A DNA stretch of 64,000 nt, taken from a virus. The notes beneath the pieces are model-generated. The model had not been told where the DNA came from. It saw only the letters and a list, made by a program, of their open reading frames with translations, and ran no database searches. Within the stretch, counting starts at the first letter, position 1. Each line of letters starts with the position of its first letter. Shown piece by piece: positions 9,905-20,090 of the stretch. The position numbers were made by a program, and so were the translations under genes. The DNA is taken from the IMG/VR virus record IMGVR_UViG_3300045988_131126, one strand, 5' to 3'.

Positions 9905-10726
9905 CTACTTTTTTCTAGACGTACTATTCTTTCTAGGAGTAGTACTCTTTCTAGATGTTGGTGGCTTAGTTGTCTTTTGGGTTGGTTCGTTTGGCTCTTC
10001 TTCTGCTTTGGTCATCTGTTCAATGTTTGAAGCAAGCTTCTGATTTAAATCAGAATTTGGATTATTAATAATATTATTAATAATAGAATCGGCTATTATT
10101 GCAGCCGTATCTTTATGTTCAGCTTTGGACTGAAAATTTGCAATATCAATAATTTTATCAACGTCTTCCTTTTTAAGCTCTACCTTAGGTTTTTGTTGAA
10201 CAGCAGCTTCCGGTTTCTCTTCTACTGTTGGTTCTGTCTTTGAGGTTTCTTTAAGAGCTTCGGTCTCCTCAGGTTTCGTAGCCATGTCTTTTTCGGTAGA
10301 TTTTGTAGCTGTTTCAACTGGCTCTGTCTTTAGGGCTTCTTCAGGAGTTTCGGCCTCTTCTACTTTGGATTCTTCTTTTACCGGTTCAGAAATCACTTTT
10401 TCTTTTTCAACCGGTTCAGTTTTCTCTTCAGTAGGTTTCTTCTTTATTATATTAGAATTCTCTTCGAACTCTACAGTCTCAGAAACTTCTTTATCAAATG
10501 TAACTTTTGATTTTTCTTCAGGATGCATGGTTTCAACTTCTGGTTCTTCTGTATTATATGTTTTAGAACACGCTTCACGTATTCTATCAAGCTTACTAAT
10601 CTTTCGATCTAAGCTATTCAAATTATGACTGATTCTAATACTAGAACCAATACCGTGAAGATTCGTTACTACAGAATCTCCAAAACAAAATAAGCTGCTT
10701 CTAATTTCATTCATTAAAATACTCAT
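9905..10726 (-). CDS. E/K/P/T-rich low-complexity protein with basic C-terminal tail
   Basis: 273-aa ORF with repeated TEPVE/EEKPE-type segments. It ends in PTSRKSTTPRKNSTSRKK. Confidence 0.6.
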   Translation of the reverse strand: MSILMNEIRSSLFCFGDSVVTNLHGIGSSIRISHNLNSLDRKISKLDRIREACSKTYNTEEPEVETMHPEEKSKVTFDKEVSETVEFEENSNIIKKKPTEEKTEPVEKEKVISEPVKEESKVEEAETPEEALKTEPVETATKSTEKDMATKPEETEALKETSKTEPTVEEKPEAAVQQKPKVELKKEDVDKIIDIANFQSKAEHKDTAAIIADSIINNIINNPNSDLNQKLASNIEQMTKAEEEPNEPTQKTTKPPTSRKSTTPRKNSTSRKK

Positions 10727-10863
10727 ATTAAATACCTCCCTAAATGTGTTTTGTGTTTACGTATAATACCTTGGTTAGCCAAGTCTCTATTTAGTTTTTA
10801 TTAAGAATACATTCTTATTATCTTCTCAATGTGATAATATATAATTCAGAACCTTAAATTTTA

Positions 10864-10874
10864 CATTCAGAATG
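10864..10874. promoter_or_regulatory. CATTCAGAATG palindrome in a divergent intergenic region
   Basis: Perfect 11-mer palindrome. Related copies occur at 32867-32898 and 62670-62700. Confidence 0.4.
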
Positions 10875-10942
10875 GTTCTTAGATATACCCGAAACATTAT
10901 ATTAATTAAAGCGTAAATAGACTTTTACGAGAGGAGAATAAG

Positions 10943-12112
10943 ATGAGAGCTTTAAATTACGATTTTAGTGGATTAACAAAATCCTTGTCATATCTTGTAA
11001 ATGGTGGTACTAAATCAGGCTATAATGTATCTATGGAATTAGATAAATTCTTTTCTGATTTAAAATGTACGTCGGTACAATATACAGATAATACGGATAA
11101 TGAATTTTTTGGATTATACATTAAGAATACGAATATGACTCCAAGAAAAGCTGTACCTAGAGAGGGAGATTTAGACTATACACCATGCAATTATTCTATA
11201 GAAATTGATAGTAAATTAGCTAGTGTATTAAACCCTGTCGAATTAACAGCTGTTATAATTAATGAAATAAAAAATATAATTTCGGTTCAATCATTAGAAA
11301 AATTTAGGGATGCTTTTGATTTCTATATTGGAATGAATAACTTCAGTATTAATCTGGAGCTTATGAATAATCATCCCAATTTATTCAGACTCATGTACGA
11401 TGAATCTGTAGCTACATTATTATCTGTATTTAGATTGCCTACATCTGATATTATAGTTGCTGATGATTTTATGGTCGGATGCGGATTATATGAAGAATTT
11501 AATAGTGCTATGGATAAAGTAAAAAGACTAAAAGAATCTATATTTACAGATGAATTAGGGAATAAATTGCTTACTATGCAATGGTATATCTCAGTAATAA
11601 ACGATTCTATTACTGATACTAGATATATTTCTTCTATATTGAGAAGAGGATTTAAATTAACTGGATCTAAATTACTTAGAGCTAATATACTCAATTCTAT
11701 TAAAGAACTTGAGCCAATGACAGATACAACAGAGAGATATTATAAGTCTCTCACTGAAGCTGCTGGTAAAAAATCTTTAGCAATGCAGATTAAAGATAGT
11801 GGGTTAAGAGCTATTGAACAAGATGTATATGAATATACAATGAGAATAAAAAATATTGAAGATGAAAATGATGCCTTATTATTAATGAGACAGCTTAATA
11901 ATAGAATAGCCATATTGGAAGATTATATAGCGCAAGAAGAACTTGATGAAAGAGTGTATCAGAAATGGAATAAAGTATTAGAGAAATATTATTCTTTGAG
12001 AGAATCTCTTACTAAGAAAACCATATATAAACAGAAAATGTACGGTTTATTCGCAGATTACAATGTACTTCAGCAGATGTACATGAGAGGTGAATTAAAC
12101 ACTGTTTATTAA
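10943..12112 (+). CDS. hypothetical protein
   Basis: 389-aa ORF with GAGAGGAGAATAAG before the ATG. Confidence 0.7.
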   Translation: MRALNYDFSGLTKSLSYLVNGGTKSGYNVSMELDKFFSDLKCTSVQYTDNTDNEFFGLYIKNTNMTPRKAVPREGDLDYTPCNYSIEIDSKLASVLNPVELTAVIINEIKNIISVQSLEKFRDAFDFYIGMNNFSINLELMNNHPNLFRLMYDESVATLLSVFRLPTSDIIVADDFMVGCGLYEEFNSAMDKVKRLKESIFTDELGNKLLTMQWYISVINDSITDTRYISSILRRGFKLTGSKLLRANILNSIKELEPMTDTTERYYKSLTEAAGKKSLAMQIKDSGLRAIEQDVYEYTMRIKNIEDENDALLLMRQLNNRIAILEDYIAQEELDERVYQKWNKVLEKYYSLRESLTKKTIYKQKMYGLFADYNVLQQMYMRGELNTVY

Positions 12113-12121
12113 AAAAGATTA

Positions 12122-12147
12122 CCCCATATACCATATGGTATATGGGG
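12122..12147. terminator. hairpin terminator between convergent genes
   Basis: CCCCATATACC-ATAT-GGTATATGGGG. Confidence 0.6.
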
Positions 12148-12152
12148 TTCTG

Positions 12153-12827
12153 TTATTCCTCTGGATCTGCATCCTCGGAATGCTTTCTTTTGAATGGAGA
12201 TTTAGCAGCATTCTCTTCCTCATCTACATCGTCTGCAGAAACGCCTTCGCCGTCAGGCCCGTCTGATTGCAGTACGGGGTCCTCCTGATGGTTTAACTCA
12301 GTAGAAGTATCTTCTTTTTCTTCTTCGCATGATTCTGTTTCTCCATCTCCATTAGAATCTTCTTTATTTTTAAATTGTTGTTTATTCTTTTTTCTTTTAT
12401 CTGCTTCTTCTTTTTCTTCTTCCTCTTGTTGATCAAACATTTCGGATAGAACATTGAGAAGTTTATTGTCAGACAAAACATTAGCTCCTGCTTTAACAGC
12501 ATAAGCTACAATTCTATTATTGATAAATATATTAGCTACATATCCGCTACCTGCACCACCAGCAAGACATATTAATACATATAAAGAGAAGTTTATATGA
12601 TGCATATCTCTAGCTGCGCATATAATAGCTGTAACAGGAATTGGTACGAATATTAAACCTTTTATAGATATCTTTTTCTTTTTCTTAGAAGAAGATGATA
12701 ATATCTCCTTTATTAATGTACCGATAATACACAATACATATGTGACTAAAAAGCTTCCATACAAATATGAAAGAAGCTCGTTAAGTATAGATTGATCGGC
12801 ATTCATAATTGGCGAAGCCTCCTTCAT
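12153..12827 (-). CDS. membrane protein with acidic C-terminal tail
   Basis: Hydrophobic segments (FLVTYVLCIIGTLI, LIFVPIPVTAIICAA, LYVLICLAGGAGSGYVANIFI) are followed by an E/D/K-rich tail. Confidence 0.6.
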   Translation of the reverse strand: MKEASPIMNADQSILNELLSYLYGSFLVTYVLCIIGTLIKEILSSSSKKKKKISIKGLIFVPIPVTAIICAARDMHHINFSLYVLICLAGGAGSGYVANIFINNRIVAYAVKAGANVLSDNKLLNVLSEMFDQQEEEEKEEADKRKKNKQQFKNKEDSNGDGETESCEEEKEDTSTELNHQEDPVLQSDGPDGEGVSADDVDEEENAAKSPFKRKHSEDADPEE

Positions 12828-12839
12828 ATCAGTTTCGAT

Positions 12840-13805
12840 TTAGTTCTCTTCTATCGCACAATTATAGGCATTTACTAAAATTATCATAATTATTAAATAA
12901 CTAGCAATTAGTATAGAGCCTAATACATACGATAGATTGAGAGAATTTCCGTGATTTACTAAAATTTCTTCTTCAGATGTATCATTGATTAGTTCTGGAA
13001 ATTTTGCAGTTATTTGATCATATAAATTATATTCTTGTATTACTACTAATTTGTGGTTTCTTCGGATTACACCTTTTACAACGTCCTTTTGCCCAAATAT
13101 ATCACCATCATCAGTAATATATGCTGGTACAAGGAATTGGTAAGATTCTAATCCTTCTAAACCTTCTTCTTTATATATCCTTTTCAGTTGACTAAATGAA
13201 GCATTAGGTATTTTATAATGATCATTATATTCTGACATAGATATACTTTCTATAGCTATATTTCCTTTTGTTTTGGCGAATATACTCTTGATAGCAGTAT
13301 CAAATAGAGGTTTGTTATATTGCCAATTTCTTTCGTTTTCGTAAGTTCTTTCCAATCCTTCTGGAGCGCTACTCATACGCTCATAATTATTGTCAAAAAC
13401 TATACCACTATTATTTAAAATAAGAATACCATTTCTAGTATTCTTTACCCTATTTAAAGAAACATTTTTAGTTTCTCTTTCCAGAATATCACAATAATAA
13501 TCTGGCTGTTCTTGGTTATCTAATTCTTGTTTTAATTCTCCCATATCTACTGAACTTTTGATTGCTTTTTCAATATTTTCGGAAACCAATTTAGCACTAT
13601 TATATGCTTCATCATTCAATTCATCAATACAACTTACAATAGTTTCAAACTTCTGGTTTCTAAAACTAGAAAGAATGTCATCGTTAGCTCGTCTTAATGA
13701 AAAGAGTATATCCGTATATACTATAATGACTACCAAAAATACGCAAGTAACTATCATTAGATAGGTTTTTATAGTTTTTGGTGATTTGTTTTTTATTTTA
13801 CTCAT
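12840..13805 (-). CDS. membrane-anchored protein (N- and C-terminal TM segments)
   Basis: TM-like segments: YLMIVTCVFLVVIIVYTDILF near the N-terminus and VLGSILIASYLIIMIILV near the C-terminus. Confidence 0.6.
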   Translation of the reverse strand: MSKIKNKSPKTIKTYLMIVTCVFLVVIIVYTDILFSLRRANDDILSSFRNQKFETIVSCIDELNDEAYNSAKLVSENIEKAIKSSVDMGELKQELDNQEQPDYYCDILERETKNVSLNRVKNTRNGILILNNSGIVFDNNYERMSSAPEGLERTYENERNWQYNKPLFDTAIKSIFAKTKGNIAIESISMSEYNDHYKIPNASFSQLKRIYKEEGLEGLESYQFLVPAYITDDGDIFGQKDVVKGVIRRNHKLVVIQEYNLYDQITAKFPELINDTSEEEILVNHGNSLNLSYVLGSILIASYLIIMIILVNAYNCAIEEN

Positions 13806-13899
13806 ATCACATCCACCCTTATATATTTTTATTAATATGATGTTTCCAGAGCTATTTAGGGTAACTTATATATAAAACATATTAGGAGGTGACTATATT

Positions 13900-14226
13900 A
13901 TGACTACAGATGATATTTTAAAACAAGTAACAGATGTGCTTGTACAGAATGTAGATATCAGCATTGTAATCATTTGCCTTGTTATTGGTGCTATTCTTAA
14001 GCATCTTGTAACAAAATTTAACAATGATTGGATCCCGATAGCTCTTATCGTATGCGGTATTATCGTATCGTTTGGTATTTCGGCATTGAAAGGATTTACA
14101 GATGATCCAATTCATATTGTTATTGTCGGAATTGCTAGCGCAGCTGCGGCTGTTGGTATTCATCAGAGTGGGAAAACTATTTACTTATATTCAAAGAATT
14201 CCGGCTCTGTCGATAAAAAAGAATAA
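13900..14226 (+). CDS. holin-like small membrane protein
   Basis: 108 aa with 3 hydrophobic segments and GIASAAAAVGIHQSGK near the C-terminus, as seen in Gram-positive phage holin families. AGGAGGTG RBS. Confidence 0.45.
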   Translation: MTTDDILKQVTDVLVQNVDISIVIICLVIGAILKHLVTKFNNDWIPIALIVCGIIVSFGISALKGFTDDPIHIVIVGIASAAAAVGIHQSGKTIYLYSKNSGSVDKKE

Positions 14227-14298
14227 TATTCCATTTGTTGGTAGTGCTGGAAAGTGCTACCAACATACTTTTGATACTAAATAGGGAGGAAATATAAA

Positions 14299-14856
14299 AT
14301 GCCGATTGATTTAAACTTATTAGAGATTGAAGGAAAGAGACAAGAGTACAAAGACTATATCGAGGAACATAGAAAAAATGTAAAAACCGTATGGTTAAAC
14401 ATTTTAAAATGTCCAGAATTAAGAAATATGGTTAATGCTGGGATGTATGGTAATCAAACTGGTACTGTATTTGAGCATATTATTAATCAGAATATTGATA
14501 TGCACGATATGTCTAAATATAGTGAAGAAGAATTTGAGCCATATAGAAGACATTTCCATTCAGTTAATGAAAAAGAGAAAGAAGAAAGTACATTTGATTA
14601 TGGAATAGCTTGGCAGCATCATAAAGATAATAATAAACATCATTGGCAGTATTGGTCAGAAAGACATATAGTAAATGATATGCCTTGGCAATATGTAGTA
14701 GAGATGTTTTGCGATCATGCTGCTATGAGTATAAAATTCGGAGGGACTGCTTTAGAGTGGTTTAACGAACAATTAGCAAATAAAGAGATAAAAGTTGGAG
14801 AGATTCAGAAAACTTCTTACCTTAAATTGGCAAAATTATACTATGATAAATATTAA
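14299..14856 (+). CDS. hypothetical His/Trp-rich protein
   Basis: 185-aa ORF with GGGAGG RBS. Contains WQHHKDNNKHHWQYW. Confidence 0.65.
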   Translation: MPIDLNLLEIEGKRQEYKDYIEEHRKNVKTVWLNILKCPELRNMVNAGMYGNQTGTVFEHIINQNIDMHDMSKYSEEEFEPYRRHFHSVNEKEKEESTFDYGIAWQHHKDNNKHHWQYWSERHIVNDMPWQYVVEMFCDHAAMSIKFGGTALEWFNEQLANKEIKVGEIQKTSYLKLAKLYYDKY

Positions 14857-14965
14857 AACAATAATATATTATAAATGTGTAAGGATATGATAATCCTTAC
14901 ACATTTTCATTAACTCAAAAACAAGTAGAAAGATCAGGAGGAAGGAAGAATGAATTACGGCGCTT

Positions 14966-15715
14966 AAAATATCATATTAGAGTAATAAAATCATTGTAAC
15001 TAAAATATCATATTAGAATAATAAAATTAAAGTAAATTAAATATCAAATTGGCCAAATAAAAATTAAATTAAGCAAAAAGAACATATGGGACATATAAAT
15101 CAAGATATTTAATACATATCAAATTAGAAAAATAAAATTAGAACCATCTAATTTATCATATGAAATAAATAAAATCAAATTGATGAACATATCGTGTATA
15201 ATAAATAATTCAGATTATTTAAAATATCATGTCATCAGAATAGATTCTAGTAAGGAGAAATATCAATATAAGCTAATGAAGTCAGTTTCATTAAATATCA
15301 TGGAAGAAAAATAAAATCATGATGGAGTAAGGATCATGTTATATCAATAAAATTATCTGTATTATATTATCATAAGCTAAAAATAAATCAAAATAGCAAT
15401 ATATCACAGCAAAAAATAAAATTATATCAAATGAAGTATCAAAAATGGACCAATAAAATCGTTATTTTAAAAATATCATATGGAGAAAATAAAATTATGA
15501 AGATAAAAATATCTTATCGAAAAAATAAAATCATAATATAAAAAGTATCATAGAATGAAAATAAAATTATATCAGATGAAACGTCATAATGTATCAATAA
15601 AATTATGAAAATAAAAAATATCATATACCGAAAATAAAATCACTTTATAAAAAATATCATGGCATTTTAATAAAATCATGGAAATTAAAATATCATATAC
15701 ACCAAATAAAAATAA
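14966..15715. repeat. array of ~21 degenerate 36-bp tandem repeats (ATATCAT-N8-AATAAAAT-N13)
   Basis: ATATCAT-like boxes start at 14969, 15005, 15041, 15084, 15116, 15153, 15189, 15224, 15260, 15295, 15332, 15367, 15401, 15437, 15473, 15509, 15545, 15582, 15618, 15654 and 15689. There is no ORF of 60 aa or more in the 870-bp gap. Confidence 0.85.
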
Positions 15716-15741
15716 ACCTAAGACTTTATCGTCTTAGGTTT
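15714..15741. terminator. hairpin terminator overlapping the stop of 15726..16556
   Basis: AAACCTAAGAC-TTTATC-GTCTTAGGTTT followed by a T-run. Confidence 0.55.
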
Positions 15742-16556
15742 ATTTTTTCTATTTCATTTGCATTTATATATCCTATCACAAAAGTCTGATCATTTAATGA
15801 AGATATTCTGTACTTATTATTTTTTATATTACTGGAGATTGTATACGTTCCAGAAATATTTCTGATTGGAATATTATCTGTGCTTTTCTCATATAAATTA
15901 GCACCTAATACATTTACTTTACTTCCGATATAAATATCTTTAATATTATTAACTTCTTTAATACCCTTAGATACTTTTCTAAGAGTGTCTTTTTCTCCAT
16001 ACACCTTATTACCTTTGCTATCAATAACCATAGTACCAGGATTCTTTTTTGATATATGTATAGCTTCATTTAAATCCATAGTTCTTAATAATGTGGAAGA
16101 ATTACTGAATCTTTTTACAAAGTATATTTCAAATTTTGAATTTCTATCTATATCTATCATATTCTTATTGAACGAGAATAATCTATAAATAAATTCTTTA
16201 TTTATTTCATTTAAATTGTAAGATAAAGCTATATTTAGTATATTTCCGATTGTAGCTTCATCTTCATTATATATCTTTTTCAATGTATTATACTCTGTGA
16301 ACAATTTATCAGAATATAATGTAAATATTGCAGATAGTTTTCTCATTGCATCAGCATACTCGAAATATGTATTTTCCTTCAGAAAAGTATTATATGGATT
16401 CTTATTTTCTATTATAAAGTATTCTCCATATTTCCGAAATTCGTGTATCGCTATAGCGATATATACTGACGGATATACATTAGTTTCTACTGCTACTTTG
16501 ATGGCATCTTCTTTAAGAAGATTTATTAAATCATTAATATTTTTTATTCTGTTCAT
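15726..16556 (-). CDS. hypothetical protein (possible cell-wall-binding/hydrolase; weak)
   Basis: The ORF track starts at TTG 16565. ATG 16556 lies 9 nt after AGGGGG. VYPSVYIAIAIHEF is only faintly glucosaminidase-like, and the C-terminus is SH3-like. Confidence 0.5.
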   Translation of the reverse strand: MNRIKNINDLINLLKEDAIKVAVETNVYPSVYIAIAIHEFRKYGEYFIIENKNPYNTFLKENTYFEYADAMRKLSAIFTLYSDKLFTEYNTLKKIYNEDEATIGNILNIALSYNLNEINKEFIYRLFSFNKNMIDIDRNSKFEIYFVKRFSNSSTLLRTMDLNEAIHISKKNPGTMVIDSKGNKVYGEKDTLRKVSKGIKEVNNIKDIYIGSKVNVLGANLYEKSTDNIPIRNISGTYTISSNIKNNKYRISSLNDQTFVIGYINANEIEKINLRR

Positions 16557-16715
16557 GATGAACAACCCCCTAATTAGTATATATTTCCAATTACTAAAAT
16601 GTAACGTCTAAGATGGTAATATATTATAATAGAGATCAGATATAATAATTTACTATAATTTAACATTATTGTAAAGAACTGATTAATAAAAATAAATTTT
16701 AGGAGGATAAAGTAA

Positions 16716-17510
16716 ATGGCTTTAGGAACTCAAAATAGCTACAATAATAACGGTAGCAACAAAAATCAGAGCAATGTAAATGTATACTCACCTTATAAGA
16801 TGAGCAATACTGAAGGAATTGATCCTTCAGCGATTAATTTTACGTTTTGCTTAAACATGTTAAAGATCGGTATCTCCCCTAAGAAACCGGGAGACCAAAT
16901 TGCTTTCGATCATGAGAAAGCAATTGAGTGTTTTTTGACACATTCAAAAGCTGTTATGCTTATGAATGAAATTAAGGCTTTACTTAATCATGAAATCGAA
17001 GATCATTCAGTTTCTGTACTTACTGGTAAAGATGGCATGATTGAATTTAATGATGGTACATCATTTAATTTAGATCATCCTGTATTAGTATTAAGAAAAC
17101 TTGCTGAAGATGGTAAGCCTGTAAGTAATTATGCTTATGAATTCAAACATGATTATCATTATACAGTAAGAGGTTATAATCCAGAGAATCCGGCTGATTT
17201 TACTAAAAAGATTTACAATCAGTTAGAGATTGATGAATTCCTTACATTACTCGAAGAGTATACGAAAGCTTCTACTGGGGCTTATGCATATTATACTCTC
17301 GAAAATGCTAAATATTCTCAGGCTAGAACTGATGGTAAAATTAATGCAATCATGGAGAAACTTGGAGTCGAGTACGTTAAAGGAGGAAATGGAGGAGGTA
17401 ATTATACAAGATCTAATAATAGCTTCTTCAATAATAATCAAGGTAATACTCCATCATATAGGCAAGGTAGTCTTGATGAGTTTACGGCAATGAATACACC
17501 AGAAGATTAA
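16716..17510 (+). CDS. hypothetical protein, possible ssDNA-binding protein
   Basis: AGGAGG RBS. N/G/S-rich flexible ends and an acidic C-terminal tip (LDEFTAMNTPED) resemble SSB tails. No fold evidence. Confidence 0.35.
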   Translation: MALGTQNSYNNNGSNKNQSNVNVYSPYKMSNTEGIDPSAINFTFCLNMLKIGISPKKPGDQIAFDHEKAIECFLTHSKAVMLMNEIKALLNHEIEDHSVSVLTGKDGMIEFNDGTSFNLDHPVLVLRKLAEDGKPVSNYAYEFKHDYHYTVRGYNPENPADFTKKIYNQLEIDEFLTLLEEYTKASTGAYAYYTLENAKYSQARTDGKINAIMEKLGVEYVKGGNGGGNYTRSNNSFFNNNQGNTPSYRQGSLDEFTAMNTPED

Positions 17511-17573
17511 CTGAAAGGATGAATAGAGTAGATTATTTTTGAATAATCTACTCTATTTTATTTGGTGAAATAT

Positions 17574-18287
17574 ATGGTAGATGATCATTATTTTCTAGAT
17601 ATTTTAATACCGTTCGATCTGTTAGTGGATACAGATGTAGGTATAGTATCTCTCGTCACAGAGAAATATAATGACACCAGATACTTCAATACTGATCGTA
17701 TGGAGGTGGAAGGTGACGAAGATAATAAAATATATTCATTTCTATTTCAATATAGAAATGAACCTAATCCATTATTTCTGATAACTAAAGTAGATTTACC
17801 ATTAGGAGAAAGAAATATTATAGATAACTTGTATAAAGAGTTAATGGAAAAAGAATATGTAGAAATTCTTAGACATTCTCAAACTACAAGTATCTATGAT
17901 ATATTCAATGTAGGAAATTATGGTGGTAATGGCCCATTTAGGGTCACCGTAGTTTGTAAAAATGATTTAGACGTAGAATATCTACGTCAAATAAATTTTA
18001 AATGTAATACCATTATTTGTAAAGATAATAGTGAATTAACCAAAATTGATATAAATAATTATAATCATATATACGTAAAGCATATAGAAGATGCTTTAGA
18101 TTATAGGTATATGAGTAAAAAGAATATTTATATCGCAAATTATAGATTCAATAATGAATTTGTAGATGATCCAGATACCAAACAAATAGTATCTATTCTT
18201 AAACCAGAAATTGTCGTTGATTTGATCAGTGACAACAAGATAAAAGTGATAGACGTCTATCCTCAACCGGAAGACTTATCAATATAA
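17574..18287 (+). CDS. hypothetical protein
   Basis: ORF track 17562 (TTG). First ATG at 17574, after the terminator hairpin 17522-17557. Confidence 0.6.
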   Translation: MVDDHYFLDILIPFDLLVDTDVGIVSLVTEKYNDTRYFNTDRMEVEGDEDNKIYSFLFQYRNEPNPLFLITKVDLPLGERNIIDNLYKELMEKEYVEILRHSQTTSIYDIFNVGNYGGNGPFRVTVVCKNDLDVEYLRQINFKCNTIICKDNSELTKIDINNYNHIYVKHIEDALDYRYMSKKNIYIANYRFNNEFVDDPDTKQIVSILKPEIVVDLISDNKIKVIDVYPQPEDLSI

Positions 18288-18314
18288 AAATAAATTTTTA
18301 GGAGGAGACACAAT

Positions 18315-20090
18315 ATGTCAACAACAAAAAGCAACATCGTTAAAAAGAAAGCATTAAGAGAAGCACAATTAGATACATTAGAGAAGATTGCTTCAGTAGT
18401 AGGAGAAACAGCAGGCCCAGCAGGATCTTATGTAATGATTCTCAATGAAGCGAGCAACAATGTATTTACAAAAGATGGCCATAAAGTACTGTCTAATATT
18501 AAATTCCTTCAGCCTCTTGAAAGATCTATCATGGAAGAAGTTAATTCTTCTACAGGATATATTGTTAAGACTGTTGGTGATGGAACTACAGCTATGACTA
18601 AAATGGCTTATCAGGTATTCGCCAGATTATGTGAATATGAAGAGCAGCATCCAGAAATTCCGAGACATACAATTATTAATTCTTTTAAAGAAGCAATCAA
18701 AAATGTTCAGGATGCTATTAAGGCAAATAGTAGAGATCTTACATTAGGAGATGTATATAAGATTTGTATGATCGCTACTGATGGTAACAAAGAAGTTTCT
18801 AGTACAATTGCAGATATCTATAATGAATACGATGCAGGTGTATTTATCGAACTTGGTATCTCTAATACAGAAGATCATACTATTGAAGCGTTTGATGGTA
18901 TGACTATCAATAGAGGCTATCCATCTCCAGCATTTATTAATACTGATAGAGGGGTATGCGAAATTAATAATCCAAGGCTGTATTGTTTCACAGACCCAGT
19001 AGATGACGATTTACTTATTCCTTTTGTAGGAAAAATTATATTCGACAATATTACTGGACCTATTACACAGCATAAAGAAATGATTCCTACTGTTATTATG
19101 GCGCCATCTATCTCTAGAGATATGGGTGATACACTTGCTCAGGTAGAACAGTTAATGTATGGATTTAGTGATCCATCTCAGAAACCGCCACTTTGTATTA
19201 TTACAGGTTTCAGTTTAGATCTTCCATTTTATCAAGATCTTATTATGCTCACTGGAGCACCAAGTATTAAGAAATATATTAACAAAGATATCCATGACAA
19301 AGCTGTAGAAAATGGAGATGCTCCATCTATGGAAAATATCTCTGAATTCTATGGTACATGTGAAAGAATCATTTGCGATAATCTTTCTACATCTTTCATC
19401 AATCCTAAAGAATACTACAAGACAGATGAAAATGGTAACTTTATTTTAGATGAAGATGGCAATAAGATCATCGGTGGAAAATACAACGAATTAGTCAATT
19501 GGTTAAAAGCTGAAATTAAGCATTCAGAAGATAACAATGTTGATATCCCTACTGTTAATGGTCTTAAACGTAGATTACATTCATTGGAATCAAACTACGT
19601 TAAATATAGTATTGGTGGTATTGCATCTTCTGATAGAGATGCTGTAAAAGATTTAGCAGAGGATGCAGTTCTTAGTTGTAGATCTGCAGCTAATAACGGG
19701 GTTGGTTATGGAGCTAACTTTGAGGGTCTTATAGCTTCAAGCAAATGTATTTCAAATAGTATAATTGATGGTAAGACTGGTATCGAATTAGATATGTATA
19801 AAATTATATATGGTGCATTCAGAGAAGTCGTATTAACCTTATATAAATCTGTATTAGGAAATGGAGCAGAAGAAGAACTGGAAGCATCAATGAAAATTCA
19901 TTTCCAGCCAATTAACTTAAGAGATCTGGACTATAAAGGTGACGTACTGTGTTCTATTGAAACAGATATTGCTATTCTTGAAGCTATCTCTAGAATTGAG
20001 ACAATGATCTTCAATACAACTCAGTGCTTATTATTCAGACCGACAGATAATGTATATCTGAGCGATGAAGAAATCGACAAAATGAAATAA
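18315..20090 (+). CDS. phage-encoded chaperonin (GroEL/Cpn60-like)
   Basis: 591 aa. FTKDGHKVLSNIKF and VGDGTTAMTKMA match the conserved TKDG and GDGTT(T) nucleotide-binding motifs of chaperonins. AGGAGG RBS. Confidence 0.65.
   Translation: MSTTKSNIVKKKALREAQLDTLEKIASVVGETAGPAGSYVMILNEASNNVFTKDGHKVLSNIKFLQPLERSIMEEVNSSTGYIVKTVGDGTTAMTKMAYQVFARLCEYEEQHPEIPRHTIINSFKEAIKNVQDAIKANSRDLTLGDVYKICMIATDGNKEVSSTIADIYNEYDAGVFIELGISNTEDHTIEAFDGMTINRGYPSPAFINTDRGVCEINNPRLYCFTDPVDDDLLIPFVGKIIFDNITGPITQHKEMIPTVIMAPSISRDMGDTLAQVEQLMYGFSDPSQKPPLCIITGFSLDLPFYQDLIMLTGAPSIKKYINKDIHDKAVENGDAPSMENISEFYGTCERIICDNLSTSFINPKEYYKTDENGNFILDEDGNKIIGGKYNELVNWLKAEIKHSEDNNVDIPTVNGLKRRLHSLESNYVKYSIGGIASSDRDAVKDLAEDAVLSCRSAANNGVGYGANFEGLIASSKCISNSIIDGKTGIELDMYKIIYGAFREVVLTLYKSVLGNGAEEELEASMKIHFQPINLRDLDYKGDVLCSIETDIAILEAISRIETMIFNTTQCLLFRPTDNVYLSDEEIDKMK

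Noticed and set aside
14966-15715. Possible CRISPR array, given regularly spaced repeats in a non-coding gap.
   Set aside because: The period is only ~36 bp in total. The conserved boxes are 7-8 nt and degenerate, there are no unique 30-40 nt spacers, and no cas genes are present. It is reported as a tandem repeat or protein-binding array instead.
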